Assembly (NCBI GenBank): GCA_005768725.1
Contig: VAFM01000002.1
Coordinates: forward strand, 276,486-340,485
Direction: 5' to 3'
Length of the DNA stretch: 64,000 nt
Source: Blastochloris viridis
Lineage (GTDB): Bacteria; Pseudomonadota; Alphaproteobacteria; UBA2136; UBA6156
Part shown: one piece after another, positions 1 to 9,804 of the stretch
How the letters are laid out: every line of letters starts with the position of its first letter
How positions within the stretch are numbered: the stretch's first letter is position 1
Notes under the pieces: model-generated
What the model was told of the DNA's origin: nothing
Databases searched by the model: none
What the model saw: the letters and a program-made list of their open reading frames with translations, nothing else
Position numbers and translations under genes: made by a program

Positions 1-666
1 TTGGATGCACTCGATAAACGCATGCAGCGCGACGGTGTTCTCGACGGCAAAAGCATGGCCGCCACCTTCAGCATGATGCGCGCCAACGATATGATCTGGT
101 CGTTCGTGGTCAATAACTACCTGCTCGGCAAACAGCCCTTCCCGTTCGATATTCTCTACTGGAACAGCGACTCCACCCGCATGCCGTGCGCCATGCACAG
201 CTGGTACCTGCGCAAACTGTACCTGAAGAACGAGATGGCCCAACCGGGCAAACTCGAAGTACTGGGTAAGAAGATCGACCTGCGCAAGATCGCCCTGCCG
301 ATGTACATGGTCGGCGCGATAAACGACCACATCACACCCTGGACAAGCTGCTACGCCCCCTTCTCCGGCATGGCCTCCAAGTCCAAGCGCTTCGTACTCA
401 GCAAGGCAGGTCACGTCGCCGGTATCGTCAATCCGCCCACACCGGCCGGCAAACCGATCAAACGCAGCTACTGGGTGGCCGAGGCTACCAACGTACCAGC
501 CGAAACCTGGCTGCGCAGCGCAACCGAAAACCAGGACAGCTGGTGGCCCGACTACACCCAATGGCTGGGCAATCAGTCCGGCAGCAAGGTTGCGGCCCCC
601 ACCAAGTCTGGCAACACCAAGTACAAGCCGCTGGGCAGCGCCCCGGGCACCTACGTGCTGGAATAG
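1..666 (+). CDS. phaC: Poly(3-hydroxyalkanoate) synthase, class I (PhaC), C-terminal 221 aa; 5'-partial, begins upstream of the window
   Basis: C-terminal PhaC-like region (ILYWNSDSTRMP, HVAGIVNPP); in-frame from base 1 with no start codon in window. Confidence 0.85.
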   Translation: MDALDKRMQRDGVLDGKSMAATFSMMRANDMIWSFVVNNYLLGKQPFPFDILYWNSDSTRMPCAMHSWYLRKLYLKNEMAQPGKLEVLGKKIDLRKIALPMYMVGAINDHITPWTSCYAPFSGMASKSKRFVLSKAGHVAGIVNPPTPAGKPIKRSYWVAEATNVPAETWLRSATENQDSWWPDYTQWLGNQSGSKVAAPTKSGNTKYKPLGSAPGTYVLE

Positions 667-680
667 CCTACCCGCACTTA

Positions 681-704
681 AACGGCCCCAAGGGGCCGTT
701 TTTG
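681..704 (+). terminator. Rho-independent terminator after phaC
   Basis: GC hairpin aacggcccc-aa-ggggccgtt followed by T-run. Confidence 0.6.
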
Positions 705-855
705 AGTCCTTCATGCAGCCAGATTTGTGCGCACCCCTTATAAACAGAAAGACACACCGGTCTCGCATCAAACGTAGCCCTGCACTGCTAACAGCTCCAA
801 AACCTGATATCCTGTGAAGCACACGCGATACCTCATACAAAGGAAAGGTACATTT

Positions 856-1395
856 ATGAAACCATCTCTTCTCCTGATAGCAATCCTTTGCTGCACATCA
901 ATCTCTCTCCATGCCCAAGAGCGCACCGCCGGCGGCAACCTGCAGAACGAAGCATCATGGAATGCTCTGAAAGGGATTGCCGACAGTGCCAATAACAATG
1001 CGAAATCCGCCCACATCCGCCTGAACCAGGTGGAAGCCTGTGGCAAACTGGGTATGTTCTACGCACCCGGTGCAGCGGGCAGCGATGGTCAGGGCTGTAA
1101 GGCTCCCGCCATGGGCAACCAGGGTTCCCGCTGGAGCCGCGATTCGGGCTACGCATGGGCGGGCCCGCTGCTTTTCCAGTGGGGCCGCACCTGCTTGGGT
1201 TACAGTACGGAAGTACATGTCCCCCTTCCCGTCACCTACCCGAACGCGATCATGAACGTCGTGGGCCAATTGGATGAACAACACTTTGGCGCTACCCGCG
1301 CCAACCAGTATGTCCGTATTGTGAACAACGGCACTATTCTGGCCGGTAAAACCAATATCAATGGCTGTATGAACTGGCTTACAACCGGTTATTAA
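856..1395 (+). CDS. Secreted Cys-rich protein, paralog A of a 3-member family (shared N-terminal module QERTAGGNL..EASWNAL..NNNAKSAHIRLNQV.AC)
   Basis: ATG with AAAGGAAAGG RBS upstream; signal peptide ending ..HA|QE; paralogs at 27400-27924(-) and 33129-33656(+). Confidence 0.6.
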   Translation: MKPSLLLIAILCCTSISLHAQERTAGGNLQNEASWNALKGIADSANNNAKSAHIRLNQVEACGKLGMFYAPGAAGSDGQGCKAPAMGNQGSRWSRDSGYAWAGPLLFQWGRTCLGYSTEVHVPLPVTYPNAIMNVVGQLDEQHFGATRANQYVRIVNNGTILAGKTNINGCMNWLTTGY

Positions 1396-1412
1396 AAATA
1401 CCGCGTAAAAAA

Positions 1413-1442
1413 GAGACCCGGCCTTGCCCGGGTCGCTTTCAT
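1413..1442 (+). terminator. Rho-independent terminator
   Basis: gacccgg-ccttg-cccgggtc hairpin then gctttc. Confidence 0.5.
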
Positions 1443-1512
1443 TCTAGGAACCTTCACCGCTCACGTCAGTATACTTTACACACATCCTCATAAGGATTAG
1501 GAAGTAAATGTC

Positions 1513-2055
1513 ATGAACACCATAACCGGCCTTTACACTACAGCAACGGGGCTCGCGCAGCTCCGCGAGGGCTTTGCCAAGGCCGATACCGACGGCAGCA
1601 AAGCGCTCTCGTTCGCCGAGTTCGAAGCCGCCGCAAAACTCAACCCCAACATCACCGCATCCTCTACGGTCGAAGCCACGTTCGCCAAGCTGGACGCCGA
1701 TGGCAACAAGCAGATCACCGCCAACGAGATTACCCAGGGCCTCAACCTGACAACGCAGGTCTACAGCGCCCTGCTGCAAGGGCAAGAGCTCCGCTCCGGC
1801 AACGCCTTCCTCACCCTGTTAGGCAGCGCCTCCAATGCGAGTTCGATGTTCGGCACCGACAGTTCTAGCAATTACTTCAATCTCACCTCCAGCCTGATGG
1901 GCGGCGGCAGTGCCTCCACCTATCTCACAACCCTGGCCAGCGGCGGTAATTCCAATACCACCCTGCTCGCCGCGATGTTCGATGGCTCGGGCGGCACCGC
2001 ATCGCGTCTGGAATCCCTTCTCAGCCAATACGTGACGACCGATACCGAAGCCTGA
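1513..2055 (+). CDS. EF-hand calcium-binding-like protein with Ser/Gly/Thr-rich C-terminus
   Basis: Two canonical EF-hand loops (DTDGSKALSFAEFE, DADGNKQITANEI); RBS aggattaggaag upstream. Confidence 0.5.
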   Translation: MNTITGLYTTATGLAQLREGFAKADTDGSKALSFAEFEAAAKLNPNITASSTVEATFAKLDADGNKQITANEITQGLNLTTQVYSALLQGQELRSGNAFLTLLGSASNASSMFGTDSSSNYFNLTSSLMGGGSASTYLTTLASGGNSNTTLLAAMFDGSGGTASRLESLLSQYVTTDTEA

Positions 2056-2178
2056 TAACGGCGCAGAAGTCACAGACATCCCCCTCAATGCCAACCCGTT
2101 CCGGGTGTTCGGGTCTTTCGACTTGAAATATCAGCATTTCAAACCAATACTTACTACATTACCCGATAAGGAGTCCCT

Positions 2179-3153
2179 ATGAAGCGCCTACGCCCCCTTT
2201 CCCGCAGTCTGGCCCTGTTGGCCGTAACCAATATGTCGCTGGCTCCGGCCTTAGCCCCTCTGGCCTTTGCCGATATGCAGACGGCTACCGCGGCAGACGC
2301 AACGCTGACCGACACCACCACGACCACAACAGAAACGGTCACAACCACCGACGGCACCACAACCACCGAAACAACCACCACAACGACGGTCTCCACAGAT
2401 AATATTGCGGACATCATCAAGTCCCTGACATCCAGCAATATCGCCGAGATCCAGGCCCGTTACACCGAGCTTCTCGATACCATCCGCGTGCAGAAGATCG
2501 AACTGGCACAACAGACCGATCCCACGACTATCTCAAGCATGAAGGCCGAAATCGCCGAGATGGAAAACCTCGCCAAAGCCTTCAAGGCGATCATCGAGGG
2601 GTATGAAGACAGCGGCGCCAAAACCGTCGTGAAGACCGAAAGCTACATCGACGACGAAACCGGCGACAAGGTCACCCGCACCACCTATTCCGACGGCAGC
2701 TACACCGAAACGGTGGAGGTGAACACCGATACCGACTATGACAGCGACAGCGCCGGCTTTGGCGACTACAGCAGCGGCGATAGCGGCAGTGGCGGCGGCA
2801 GCGACTTCCTCCAGAAAATGCTGGAAAACCCGATGGTTCAGGGCATGATCGCAGGCCTGCTGCAAAAACTGATGAACGGCGGTCTGGGCAGCCTCTCCAG
2901 CCTGCTCGGCGGTTTGGGCTCGCAAGCCAATGCACCGCAAAATGGCGATACCCTGCTCGGCAAGGCCTGCGGTACCAGCGGCACACCCAAGTGCGAAGCG
3001 TCCGAATACAATACGCCCTCGCCCCAATCCAAATCCACAACCGAAAAGAAACAAGTAACTCCCAATACATCCGGTTCACCGGATGACCGGAATTCGGGTT
3101 CAACTCTTACCAACCCTACCGGCACGAATGGTCGCGTTCCAGGGCGTCTCTAG
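2179..3153 (+). CDS. Secreted low-complexity protein with poly-Thr tracts and acidic/Gly-Ser-rich C-terminal half
   Basis: Signal peptide (..APALAPLAFA), aaggag RBS, TTTTTTETVTTTDGTTTTETTTTTT repeats. Confidence 0.5.
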   Translation: MKRLRPLSRSLALLAVTNMSLAPALAPLAFADMQTATAADATLTDTTTTTTETVTTTDGTTTTETTTTTTVSTDNIADIIKSLTSSNIAEIQARYTELLDTIRVQKIELAQQTDPTTISSMKAEIAEMENLAKAFKAIIEGYEDSGAKTVVKTESYIDDETGDKVTRTTYSDGSYTETVEVNTDTDYDSDSAGFGDYSSGDSGSGGGSDFLQKMLENPMVQGMIAGLLQKLMNGGLGSLSSLLGGLGSQANAPQNGDTLLGKACGTSGTPKCEASEYNTPSPQSKSTTEKKQVTPNTSGSPDDRNSGSTLTNPTGTNGRVPGRL

Positions 3154-3164
3154 TAAACTAGCCA

Positions 3165-3195
3165 CAAAAAAACCGCCTCACCGGCGGTTTTTTTG
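3165..3195. terminator. Bidirectional rho-independent terminator between convergent genes
   Basis: A7-ccgcc tcac cggcgg-T7. Confidence 0.65.
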
Positions 3196-3209
3196 GGGGT
3201 TACAGAATT

Positions 3210-3824
3210 CTACTCGGCATCATCGTCTTCCGGCTTGGCTTCTTCACCGATGGTCACGGCTTTGGCACCACAGGCCGAGCACGCATCCAGCAGGTCCTGC
3301 CAGGCTTCCAGCGGAGCAGTCCCCATATCGGCCATAATCAGGGTCACGCCGTCCTTGGTCTCGGGGTCGCCTAGGTAGTGAACCACTTCCTGAACCTGAC
3401 CTTCCAGCTCTTCCGGCTCGGCAAACCAGCGCCAGAACCACTGTTGCAGCGGTTCAAAGCTCACGTCGTTCTTCAGGCCTTCCATGCGTACCGGCATCAT
3501 GTCCCAGCCAAACGGATAAACCTTTACCTGCATTCCGCTGTCCCAGGTCACGTCAATGCCGCCATCGAACTTGAAAACGCCTTCCGCGGCCACCTGAACA
3601 GGCTCCACGTCTTCTTTGCCGTCTTCCACGCGCTTGGCCAGCAGGTCAACGCGGGCAGGCAGCTTTAAAACACCTTCCAGCGCCACTTCACCCTTGTCGT
3701 CACGGAAAGCGGGTTCAAACATCACCTCGGCACCTTCGGCCTCAAGGTCTTCGGCCGTGGCGGTCAGGTGGTCAATGTAATCCTGCCGGATCATCTCCAG
3801 CAAATCGCCCAACGTCATGGTCAT
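3210..3824 (-). CDS. Hypothetical acidic protein (about 204 aa, from internal Met)
   Basis: Long ORF; start set at internal MTMTLGDLL Met with GAAAGAG RBS; no recognisable domain. Confidence 0.5.
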   Translation of the reverse strand: MTMTLGDLLEMIRQDYIDHLTATAEDLEAEGAEVMFEPAFRDDKGEVALEGVLKLPARVDLLAKRVEDGKEDVEPVQVAAEGVFKFDGGIDVTWDSGMQVKVYPFGWDMMPVRMEGLKNDVSFEPLQQWFWRWFAEPEELEGQVQEVVHYLGDPETKDGVTLIMADMGTAPLEAWQDLLDACSACGAKAVTIGEEAKPEDDDAE

Positions 3825-3986
3825 GACATACTCTTTCGTTCGTTTCGCTAACTGCTTACCATCAAAACGCACGGGAAGCCAGCGTTGCCTCCCATTCCAA
3901 AAAGTTCCTGCGTTTGATAAATTCCGGCACGTAGTGCCGTTGCCCACACATACACGAGAATTAACGAAGCGCCGCAGGAGAATGCT

Positions 3987-4844
3987 TTAGCCCGCGCCGT
4001 TCAACACCTTACGCAGCAAAAGATTATTCGCCACATGCCCCGGCGCCGTCATGTGGAAGATCCCGCTCACCGGACGCCCCGCCATGTACAGGTCGCCCAC
4101 AACGTCCAACACCTTATGACGGACAGGTTCATCAGCAAACCGCAAGCCACCGGGGTTTTTTACGCTGCCGTCATCCCCGAATACGACCGCGTTCTCAAGG
4201 CTGCCGCCCTTGGCAAGGCCTGCCGCCTGCGCCGCCGCAATATCGCGCTCCAGCACAAAGGTGCGTGCCGGCGCAATCTCGCGTCGATAGGTCTCCTCGT
4301 CCACAACACCCTTCCATTCCTGACGCCCAATGGCCGGGTGCGGAAAGTCCACCACACACTCCACACGTAAGCCCTTGCGAGGCTCAGGGTTCGCCAGCAA
4401 GACGCGGCCTTCACTGTCTTCCACCTGCGGAGACGCGACATCCAGCCAGTTACGTTGAAGCTCAAGCTCCACACGCCCCACCGAGTCGATCAATTCCACC
4501 CACGGTAAGGCACTGCCGTCCAGAATCGGCACTTCCGGGCCGTTAATTTCAATAACAACGCTGTCCACACGCAGGCCATGCAGAGCACTTAACAAGTGCT
4601 CTACAGTGCTCACGTTCACGCCATGCTCATTTTCCAGCAATGTGCACAAAGGGCTACGCTTCACCATACTGGGGTGCAGATGAAACTCGCCATGACTCAC
4701 ATCGCCACGCCGCAGCATCACACCGGGCAAAGCCCCGATATGCGGACGCAAAACCACTTCGGCCCCGATCCCGCTGTGCAGACCAATCCCCCGGATGCTG
4801 ACCTCTTTGGCCAGCGTCACACTTTTGTGCATGTTCAATTCCAT
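3987..4844 (-). CDS. lpxC: UDP-3-O-acyl-N-acetylglucosamine deacetylase
   Basis: LpxC-like sequence and length (285 aa), downstream of ftsZ as in canonical dcw clusters; AGGAAAG RBS. Confidence 0.9.
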   Translation of the reverse strand: MELNMHKSVTLAKEVSIRGIGLHSGIGAEVVLRPHIGALPGVMLRRGDVSHGEFHLHPSMVKRSPLCTLLENEHGVNVSTVEHLLSALHGLRVDSVVIEINGPEVPILDGSALPWVELIDSVGRVELELQRNWLDVASPQVEDSEGRVLLANPEPRKGLRVECVVDFPHPAIGRQEWKGVVDEETYRREIAPARTFVLERDIAAAQAAGLAKGGSLENAVVFGDDGSVKNPGGLRFADEPVRHKVLDVVGDLYMAGRPVSGIFHMTAPGHVANNLLLRKVLNGAG

Positions 4845-5035
4845 TGTTCTTTCCTACCACCAAACCAGCTGGAGCGGAATACGCATCATCATGCGTAAAC
4901 GAAAGGCCCCTCAGGGCCTACGTTAAGCTTTGGGGTTTGTTCCCCCGCCCCACAGTCTCTGCCAGAAGCTCACTTCGGCGGTGTCTCGGGGTCCTGCGGC
5001 GTCGTCCCCCGCAGATGGTGTTTCAACCGGTTCTT

Positions 5036-6202
5036 TCAGTTGATCTGACGGCGCAAAAAAGCCGGAATCTCCAGGTTGGCGTATTCGTCCTGCTCTTCTT
5101 CGCGCTCGCGCTTGGCGGCGGCAGCTTGGGCAAAGTCGGCAACGCTGGCCTTGGTTTCCACAATCTTGGCTTCGGTCGGAGCTTCGGCCTTCTTGATGGA
5201 CGACAGGTCAACCATGGTCGGCTTCTGGCGCTTGACGGTTTCGCCAAGGCCGGTCGCTACAACGCTCACACGGATGCGGCCGGTGACGGTCTGGTCGTAA
5301 GCCGTACCGAAAATGATGTTGGCATCGGGGTCAACTTCTTCACGGATACGGTTAGCAGCTTCATCCACTTCGTAAAGGGTGAGGTCGTCACCGCCGGTGA
5401 TGTTGATCAGCACGCCCTTGGCACCGTGCATGGACACACCGTCCAGCAGCGGGGAAGAGATGGCCATTTCAGCGGCCAGAATCGCACGGCGGTCGCCTTC
5501 GGCTTGGCCGCTGCCCATCATGGCTTGGCCCATTTCAGACATCACGGTCTTCACGTCGTTAAAGTCGAGGTTGATGATACCCGGTACCAGCATCAGGTCG
5601 GTCACACCGCGCACACCACTGTAAAGCACGTCGTCAGCCATTTTAAAGGCATCCTGCAGGGTGGTGCGCTCGGTCGCAATGCGGAACAGGTTCTGGTTCG
5701 GAATAACGATAACGGTGTCGGCCACGTTCTGCAGTTCCATGATGCCGGCTTCCGCCTGCTTCATGCGGCGTACGCCTTCAAAGCTGAACGGCTTGGTCAC
5801 AACAGCAACGGTCAAAATCCCCATTTCGCGGGCGGCACGGGCCACAACCGGCACGGCACCAGTACCGGTACCACCGCCCATACCAGCGGTAATGAACACC
5901 ATGTGGCTGCCACGGATGGCTTCGCAGATTTCGTCGTAGCTTTCTTCGGCAGCGGCAGCACCCACTTCGGGGTTGGCACCGGCACCCAGACCTTCGGTCA
6001 GGCTGCGGCCGAGCTGGATCTTCACTTCGGCGTCATGATTCTGCAGAACCTGCAGGTCGGTGTTGGCAATAGCGAATGTGGCGCCGGTAAGGTTGGCACG
6101 GATCATGTTGGACACGGCATTACCGCCGCCGCCACCCACACCGATAACCATAATGCGCGGCTGGTGAACCGATTCCTTGACCATTGCAATGTTGAGCGAC
6201 AT
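5036..6202 (-). CDS. ftsZ: Cell division GTPase FtsZ (short-linker form, about 388 aa)
   Basis: [10 protein letters not shown] tubulin signature, GTGTGAAPVVA T7 loop region, conserved C-terminal peptide [15 protein letters not shown]; internal ATG with GAGAGGGAAG RBS preferred over the track GTG at 6229. Confidence 0.93.
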   Translation of the reverse strand: MSLNIAMVKESVHQPRIMVIGVGGGGGNAVSNMIRANLTGATFAIANTDLQVLQNHDAEVKIQLGRSLTEGLGAGANPEVGAAAAEESYDEICEAIRGSHMVFITAGMGGGTGTGAVPVVARAAREMGILTVAVVTKPFSFEGVRRMKQAEAGIMELQNVADTVIVIPNQNLFRIATERTTLQDAFKMADDVLYSGVRGVTDLMLVPGIINLDFNDVKTVMSEMGQAMMGSGQAEGDRRAILAAEMAISSPLLDGVSMHGAKGVLINITGGDDLTLYEVDEAANRIREEVDPDANIIFGTAYDQTVTGRIRVSVVATGLGETVKRQKPTMVDLSSIKKAEAPTEAKIVETKASVADFAQAAAAKREREEEQDEYANLEIPAFLRRQIN

Positions 6203-6508
6203 CCCGACTTCCCTCTCGTTATGGTGCACCGTGGGCCAGATCCAATTCCAATTTCCGGTGCGATTTGTTATCCGTCACTCTACGCGTGTAGCCTTTGTGT
6301 TCCAACCCCTCTGCCCGCAAAATCCGCACGCTTGCAGGCTTTTTCAAACCCCCTGCGTTGTTACCGCAACAACCTGCAAGCACACCTCAAACAGTATCTT
6401 TAACTCACTGAAAAACGGTACGACACGGAAACTCCCTTGCCAAAGAGCCATGTCCATCGCATATCTGGCCTCGATCCACCCCACGACCTTTTGAAAAGGA
6501 CAGTCTCC

Positions 6509-6955
6509 ATGCTGAAAACCGGTTTTTCACATCTCGCCGTCTCGTATTTTTCTCCCCTTCTCAAACTCTCCGCCCGAACACTTCGCTTTGGTATGGTCGC
6601 GCTCCTGATCGTGACAGGACTACTACTAGGAATCTTCGACTTCGACGATTCTCTGGCAGCAGCTTTCATCCTCATTGCCATCGGCGTGCTTCTCGCCATC
6701 AGCGGCTGGAAAAGCCTGTGCGACTTCTCATCCGAACCTCACGATGAAGCAAAGGAAAAGAACACGCTTTTTCATGAAATCTTCCTGATACTGGCGCTCG
6801 GTTGCTTCTTCGGCGGCTTTATCGCATTCGGCAGCGGAATTCTGGGTTTCTTGAACGGCATTAGCCGCAGCATCATCCTGATCCCGATCGGTTTCGTCAT
6901 CATGGCGGCAGGCACCGCCTTCGGCATTCTTAGCCACAATTGCGCGCCAGACTGA
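6509..6955 (+). CDS. Small integral membrane protein (about 148 aa, 4 predicted TM helices), hypothetical
   Basis: ORF between ftsA and ftsZ on the opposite strand; hydrophobic segments; AAAGGA RBS; local GC about 52%. Confidence 0.45.
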   Translation: MLKTGFSHLAVSYFSPLLKLSARTLRFGMVALLIVTGLLLGIFDFDDSLAAAFILIAIGVLLAISGWKSLCDFSSEPHDEAKEKNTLFHEIFLILALGCFFGGFIAFGSGILGFLNGISRSIILIPIGFVIMAAGTAFGILSHNCAPD

Positions 6956-6972
6956 CTTTCTTCCTATTCAAT

Positions 6973-6998
6973 AAAAAGGCCGCCCTCGGGCGGCCTTT
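6973..6998. terminator. Bidirectional terminator between the membrane-protein gene and ftsA
   Basis: aaaaaggccgccc-tc-gggcggccttt. Confidence 0.6.
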
Positions 6999-7011
6999 AC
7001 ATATATCAATG

Positions 7012-8262
7012 TTAATTCGCAAAGCGCAGCAACTTCGCCATCTGCCCGGCCAACTGCGCAATTTTGCTATCCGTCACGCGCACGCGGCTCTGCTGGGCGG
7101 CCTGACGCGCACCATAAATCAGCAAGCCAACCGGAGTCGCAAAACCCGGCGTACCGGAAAGATCAGTAAGACCCTGCACGCCAACCGGACGCGCCAGACG
7201 CACACTCTTGTCCAGCACCACTTCGGCCAGATTCCGCAGACCATTCAACTGGCTGGCACCACCGGTCAGCACCACGCGGCGGCCAATAGCGGCTTCAAAC
7301 CCGCTCTGCTCAATCTTGTCACGCACCAGCTCCAGCATTTCTTCGCAACGCGGCTGGATGATTCCGGCCAAGGCACTCTTGGTCATGTGGGTCGCTTCGG
7401 CCTTCACGGTCTGGTTGTCGTCACCAACGCTCGGCACTTCAAATTCATCATCGCTTACAATGGTGCTCGCCATGGCATGGCCATGCAGAACCTTGATACG
7501 CTCGGCCGCTGTCAGCGGAGTGGAAAGCCCACGCGCAATGTCAGCGGTAATATGCTGGCCACCCAGCGGAATCACAGCGGTGTAAACAAGCGCACCTTCG
7601 GCATAAATGGCCAGATCAATGGTCCCACCACCAATATCCACCAGCGCCACACCCAACTCACGCTCATCCGGCACCACGGTGGCCAGTGCGCTGGCGTAAG
7701 GCTGTACCACAATGTCCAGCACTTCCAGGTTTGCACGCTCCACGCAACGCACTACGTTACGGATAGCCGAGGTCGCGGCGGTAATAATATGAACGTCCGC
7801 TTCAAGACGGCTGCCGGTCATGCCGCGCGGATCACGAATGTCGCTCTGGTTATCCAGCACATACTTGGTCGCTTGGGCATGGATGATCTGACGGTCGTCA
7901 CCGATCTGACGGGCACGCGCTACATCAATAACTTTAAAGATGTCGGCATCGGTAATGTCCTGCTTGTTCAGCACCACCAGACCATCGGTCATGTGGCTAC
8001 GCAGGTGCACACCACCCAGGCTCACAATCACACCCTGAATCTCCACACCGGCCATATCTTCAGCCGCGTGTACGGCTTCGCGAATCGCCGTTTCGGTACG
8101 ATCCATATCCACAATCATGCCGCGTTTCAGACCGGTAGAGATATGCTGACCGTAACCCAGCACATGCGGGTTAAAGAACTCATCCAGCTCGGCAATAAAG
8201 CAGGCCACCTTGCTGCTGCCGATGTCCAGTCCTGCCACGATGCGGTTACGGGTTTTTACCAT
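7012..8262 (-). CDS. ftsA: Cell division protein FtsA
   Basis: Actin-like ATPase, N-terminal VAGLDIGSSKV motif, 416 aa; AGGACTAAGG RBS. Confidence 0.92.
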   Translation of the reverse strand: MVKTRNRIVAGLDIGSSKVACFIAELDEFFNPHVLGYGQHISTGLKRGMIVDMDRTETAIREAVHAAEDMAGVEIQGVIVSLGGVHLRSHMTDGLVVLNKQDITDADIFKVIDVARARQIGDDRQIIHAQATKYVLDNQSDIRDPRGMTGSRLEADVHIITAATSAIRNVVRCVERANLEVLDIVVQPYASALATVVPDERELGVALVDIGGGTIDLAIYAEGALVYTAVIPLGGQHITADIARGLSTPLTAAERIKVLHGHAMASTIVSDDEFEVPSVGDDNQTVKAEATHMTKSALAGIIQPRCEEMLELVRDKIEQSGFEAAIGRRVVLTGGASQLNGLRNLAEVVLDKSVRLARPVGVQGLTDLSGTPGFATPVGLLIYGARQAAQQSRVRVTDSKIAQLAGQMAKLLRFAN

Positions 8263-8297
8263 GTCGTTACCTTAGTCCTATTCCTAAACTCTCAAAC

Positions 8298-9275
8298 TTA
8301 TCCTGCTACCGCCGGTTTCTGCGTCACCGGCGTGGTTCCCACGGTCTCCGGCAGGCGCAATACCACACGGTCGGGCAAACGCAAATCCACTTCACCCGCG
8401 TTCAGCGTCAGCACGTGGCGGGCTTCTTCCAGCTTGGCCAGCAGCGGCAAGGCCTGCTCAGCACCAAAGGTGCGGCTGTCTTCGGGCAGTTGCACCATCA
8501 CGCCACTTACAAAGCGCAGGTTCCAGCGGCGGTCACCCACCCACTCGGCTTCCCGCAGTTGGGTCAAAAGCTGCGGCCAGTTGGCAAGGTGCATAAACAG
8601 CGGGCCAGCCTGCGCCGCAGCACCATCACCCTTCAGCAATGGCAAACCGGCAAAGGCATTGCTGGCATCAGCCACAATGCGCTTACCGTCCTTGTTGATG
8701 ACCCATATCTGGCCATCCGCCACCAGACGCGCCAGCGGCACATGCTCGTAAATCGTCACGTTCACACGGTCCGGCAGCATGCGGTCCACGCTGGCCAAGC
8801 GCACCCACGGCAATTGCTCAATACGGGCACGGGCACTACCGGCATCAAACCCGACCAGGCTATCGCCTCGTTTAAGGCCCAAGGCACTCTGCAGATCTTC
8901 CCGACCCGTATAAACCGCGCCGCTCACCACAATTTTCTCAACAACCGCACCGGTCGCCTCAGCCACATACGCTGCGGTAAAATCACCGACAAACACACGG
9001 TTGGTCCACAATGCATACCCGCCAGCCATCACTGCCACAGCCATGGCACCTTGGCCGATCCGCTTCCACGGCCACGCGATTACACGCTGCTCGGTCTTGG
9101 CCAGCCAGCCACGGAAACCCTTCGGCTCTTCTACTTTTTTAGGGCGTGTACCGCCAAACAGGCTACCACCAAACTCATCCATCAACTCAACCGGAGGCAC
9201 GTCAGCAGGCTTACGCGGAACCATGGACACAACCTCCTCAAAACTGTTTTCAACTGCGGGTAAACCTGAAATCAA
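8298..9275 (-). CDS. ftsQ: Cell division protein FtsQ (TM + POTRA)
   Basis: Position upstream of ftsA; TM helix then POTRA-like region; TTG start (alternative Met at 9224). Confidence 0.78.
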   Translation of the reverse strand: MISGLPAVENSFEEVVSMVPRKPADVPPVELMDEFGGSLFGGTRPKKVEEPKGFRGWLAKTEQRVIAWPWKRIGQGAMAVAVMAGGYALWTNRVFVGDFTAAYVAEATGAVVEKIVVSGAVYTGREDLQSALGLKRGDSLVGFDAGSARARIEQLPWVRLASVDRMLPDRVNVTIYEHVPLARLVADGQIWVINKDGKRIVADASNAFAGLPLLKGDGAAAQAGPLFMHLANWPQLLTQLREAEWVGDRRWNLRFVSGVMVQLPEDSRTFGAEQALPLLAKLEEARHVLTLNAGEVDLRLPDRVVLRLPETVGTTPVTQKPAVAG

Positions 9276-9470
9276 TCAGAATGTGCATACCCTATCAGAA
9301 ACCCTACGCCGCAGCCACCCTTTTCGAACGCGCAAATCAATAACTTAGCCCACCGTCCTACATTCATCCAAGGGGGTGTGTCCGCCACACCCCACCGGCA
9401 CGCCCCAAGCGCTTGCCAACCTCGCATGTCGGGCTTACAAAGAGATATCTCTCACCGGAGGACGCCCTTC

Positions 9471-9737
9471 ATGAAAGAACTCCCCGTTTTCTCTGCATCC
9501 ACCCTTTTTCAGGGCAAAGTGGTCTATATCGACGCAAAAACCAGCGATGTCTGGATTGAGCTCACCACCTCATCCCTCAAAGGCGAGATGGTACCCTTTC
9601 CTGCAACACCCGTAACGGCCCCCTACCTGCCCATTCATTACCATCTCAACGATACGATCGAAGGCACACTCGAAAAGGTCGTCATCAAGAACGAAACCCG
9701 CCTCCGTTTCGCACGCATCGAGAGAATTCCTTCCTGA
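9471..9737 (+). CDS. Small hypothetical protein (88 aa)
   Basis: ORF with internal ATG (MKELPVF...); followed by a terminator; weak support. Confidence 0.3.
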   Translation: MKELPVFSASTLFQGKVVYIDAKTSDVWIELTTSSLKGEMVPFPATPVTAPYLPIHYHLNDTIEGTLEKVVIKNETRLRFARIERIPS

Positions 9738-9747
9738 ACGACAGATA

Positions 9748-9774
9748 AAGCCCGGCAAACAGCCGGGCTTTCTT
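9748..9774. terminator. Bidirectional terminator
   Basis: agcccggc-aaaca-gccgggct then tttctt. Confidence 0.55.
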
Positions 9775-9804
9775 CATATACGGAACGCATACAAACAATA
9801 CATT

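Noticed and set aside
3971-4000. Near-identical 22-nt string ttagcccgcgcc(g/t)ttcaacacc at the lpxC 3' end (about 3975) and again at about 47660 downstream of the TPR gene; a related ttagcccgcgc occurs at the cheB stop (about 54633)
   Set aside because: Most simply explained by convergent C-terminal codons (..GAG*/..SAG*) followed by GC-rich hairpin sequence. No extended flanking homology, so not called a repeat or duplicated gene fragment
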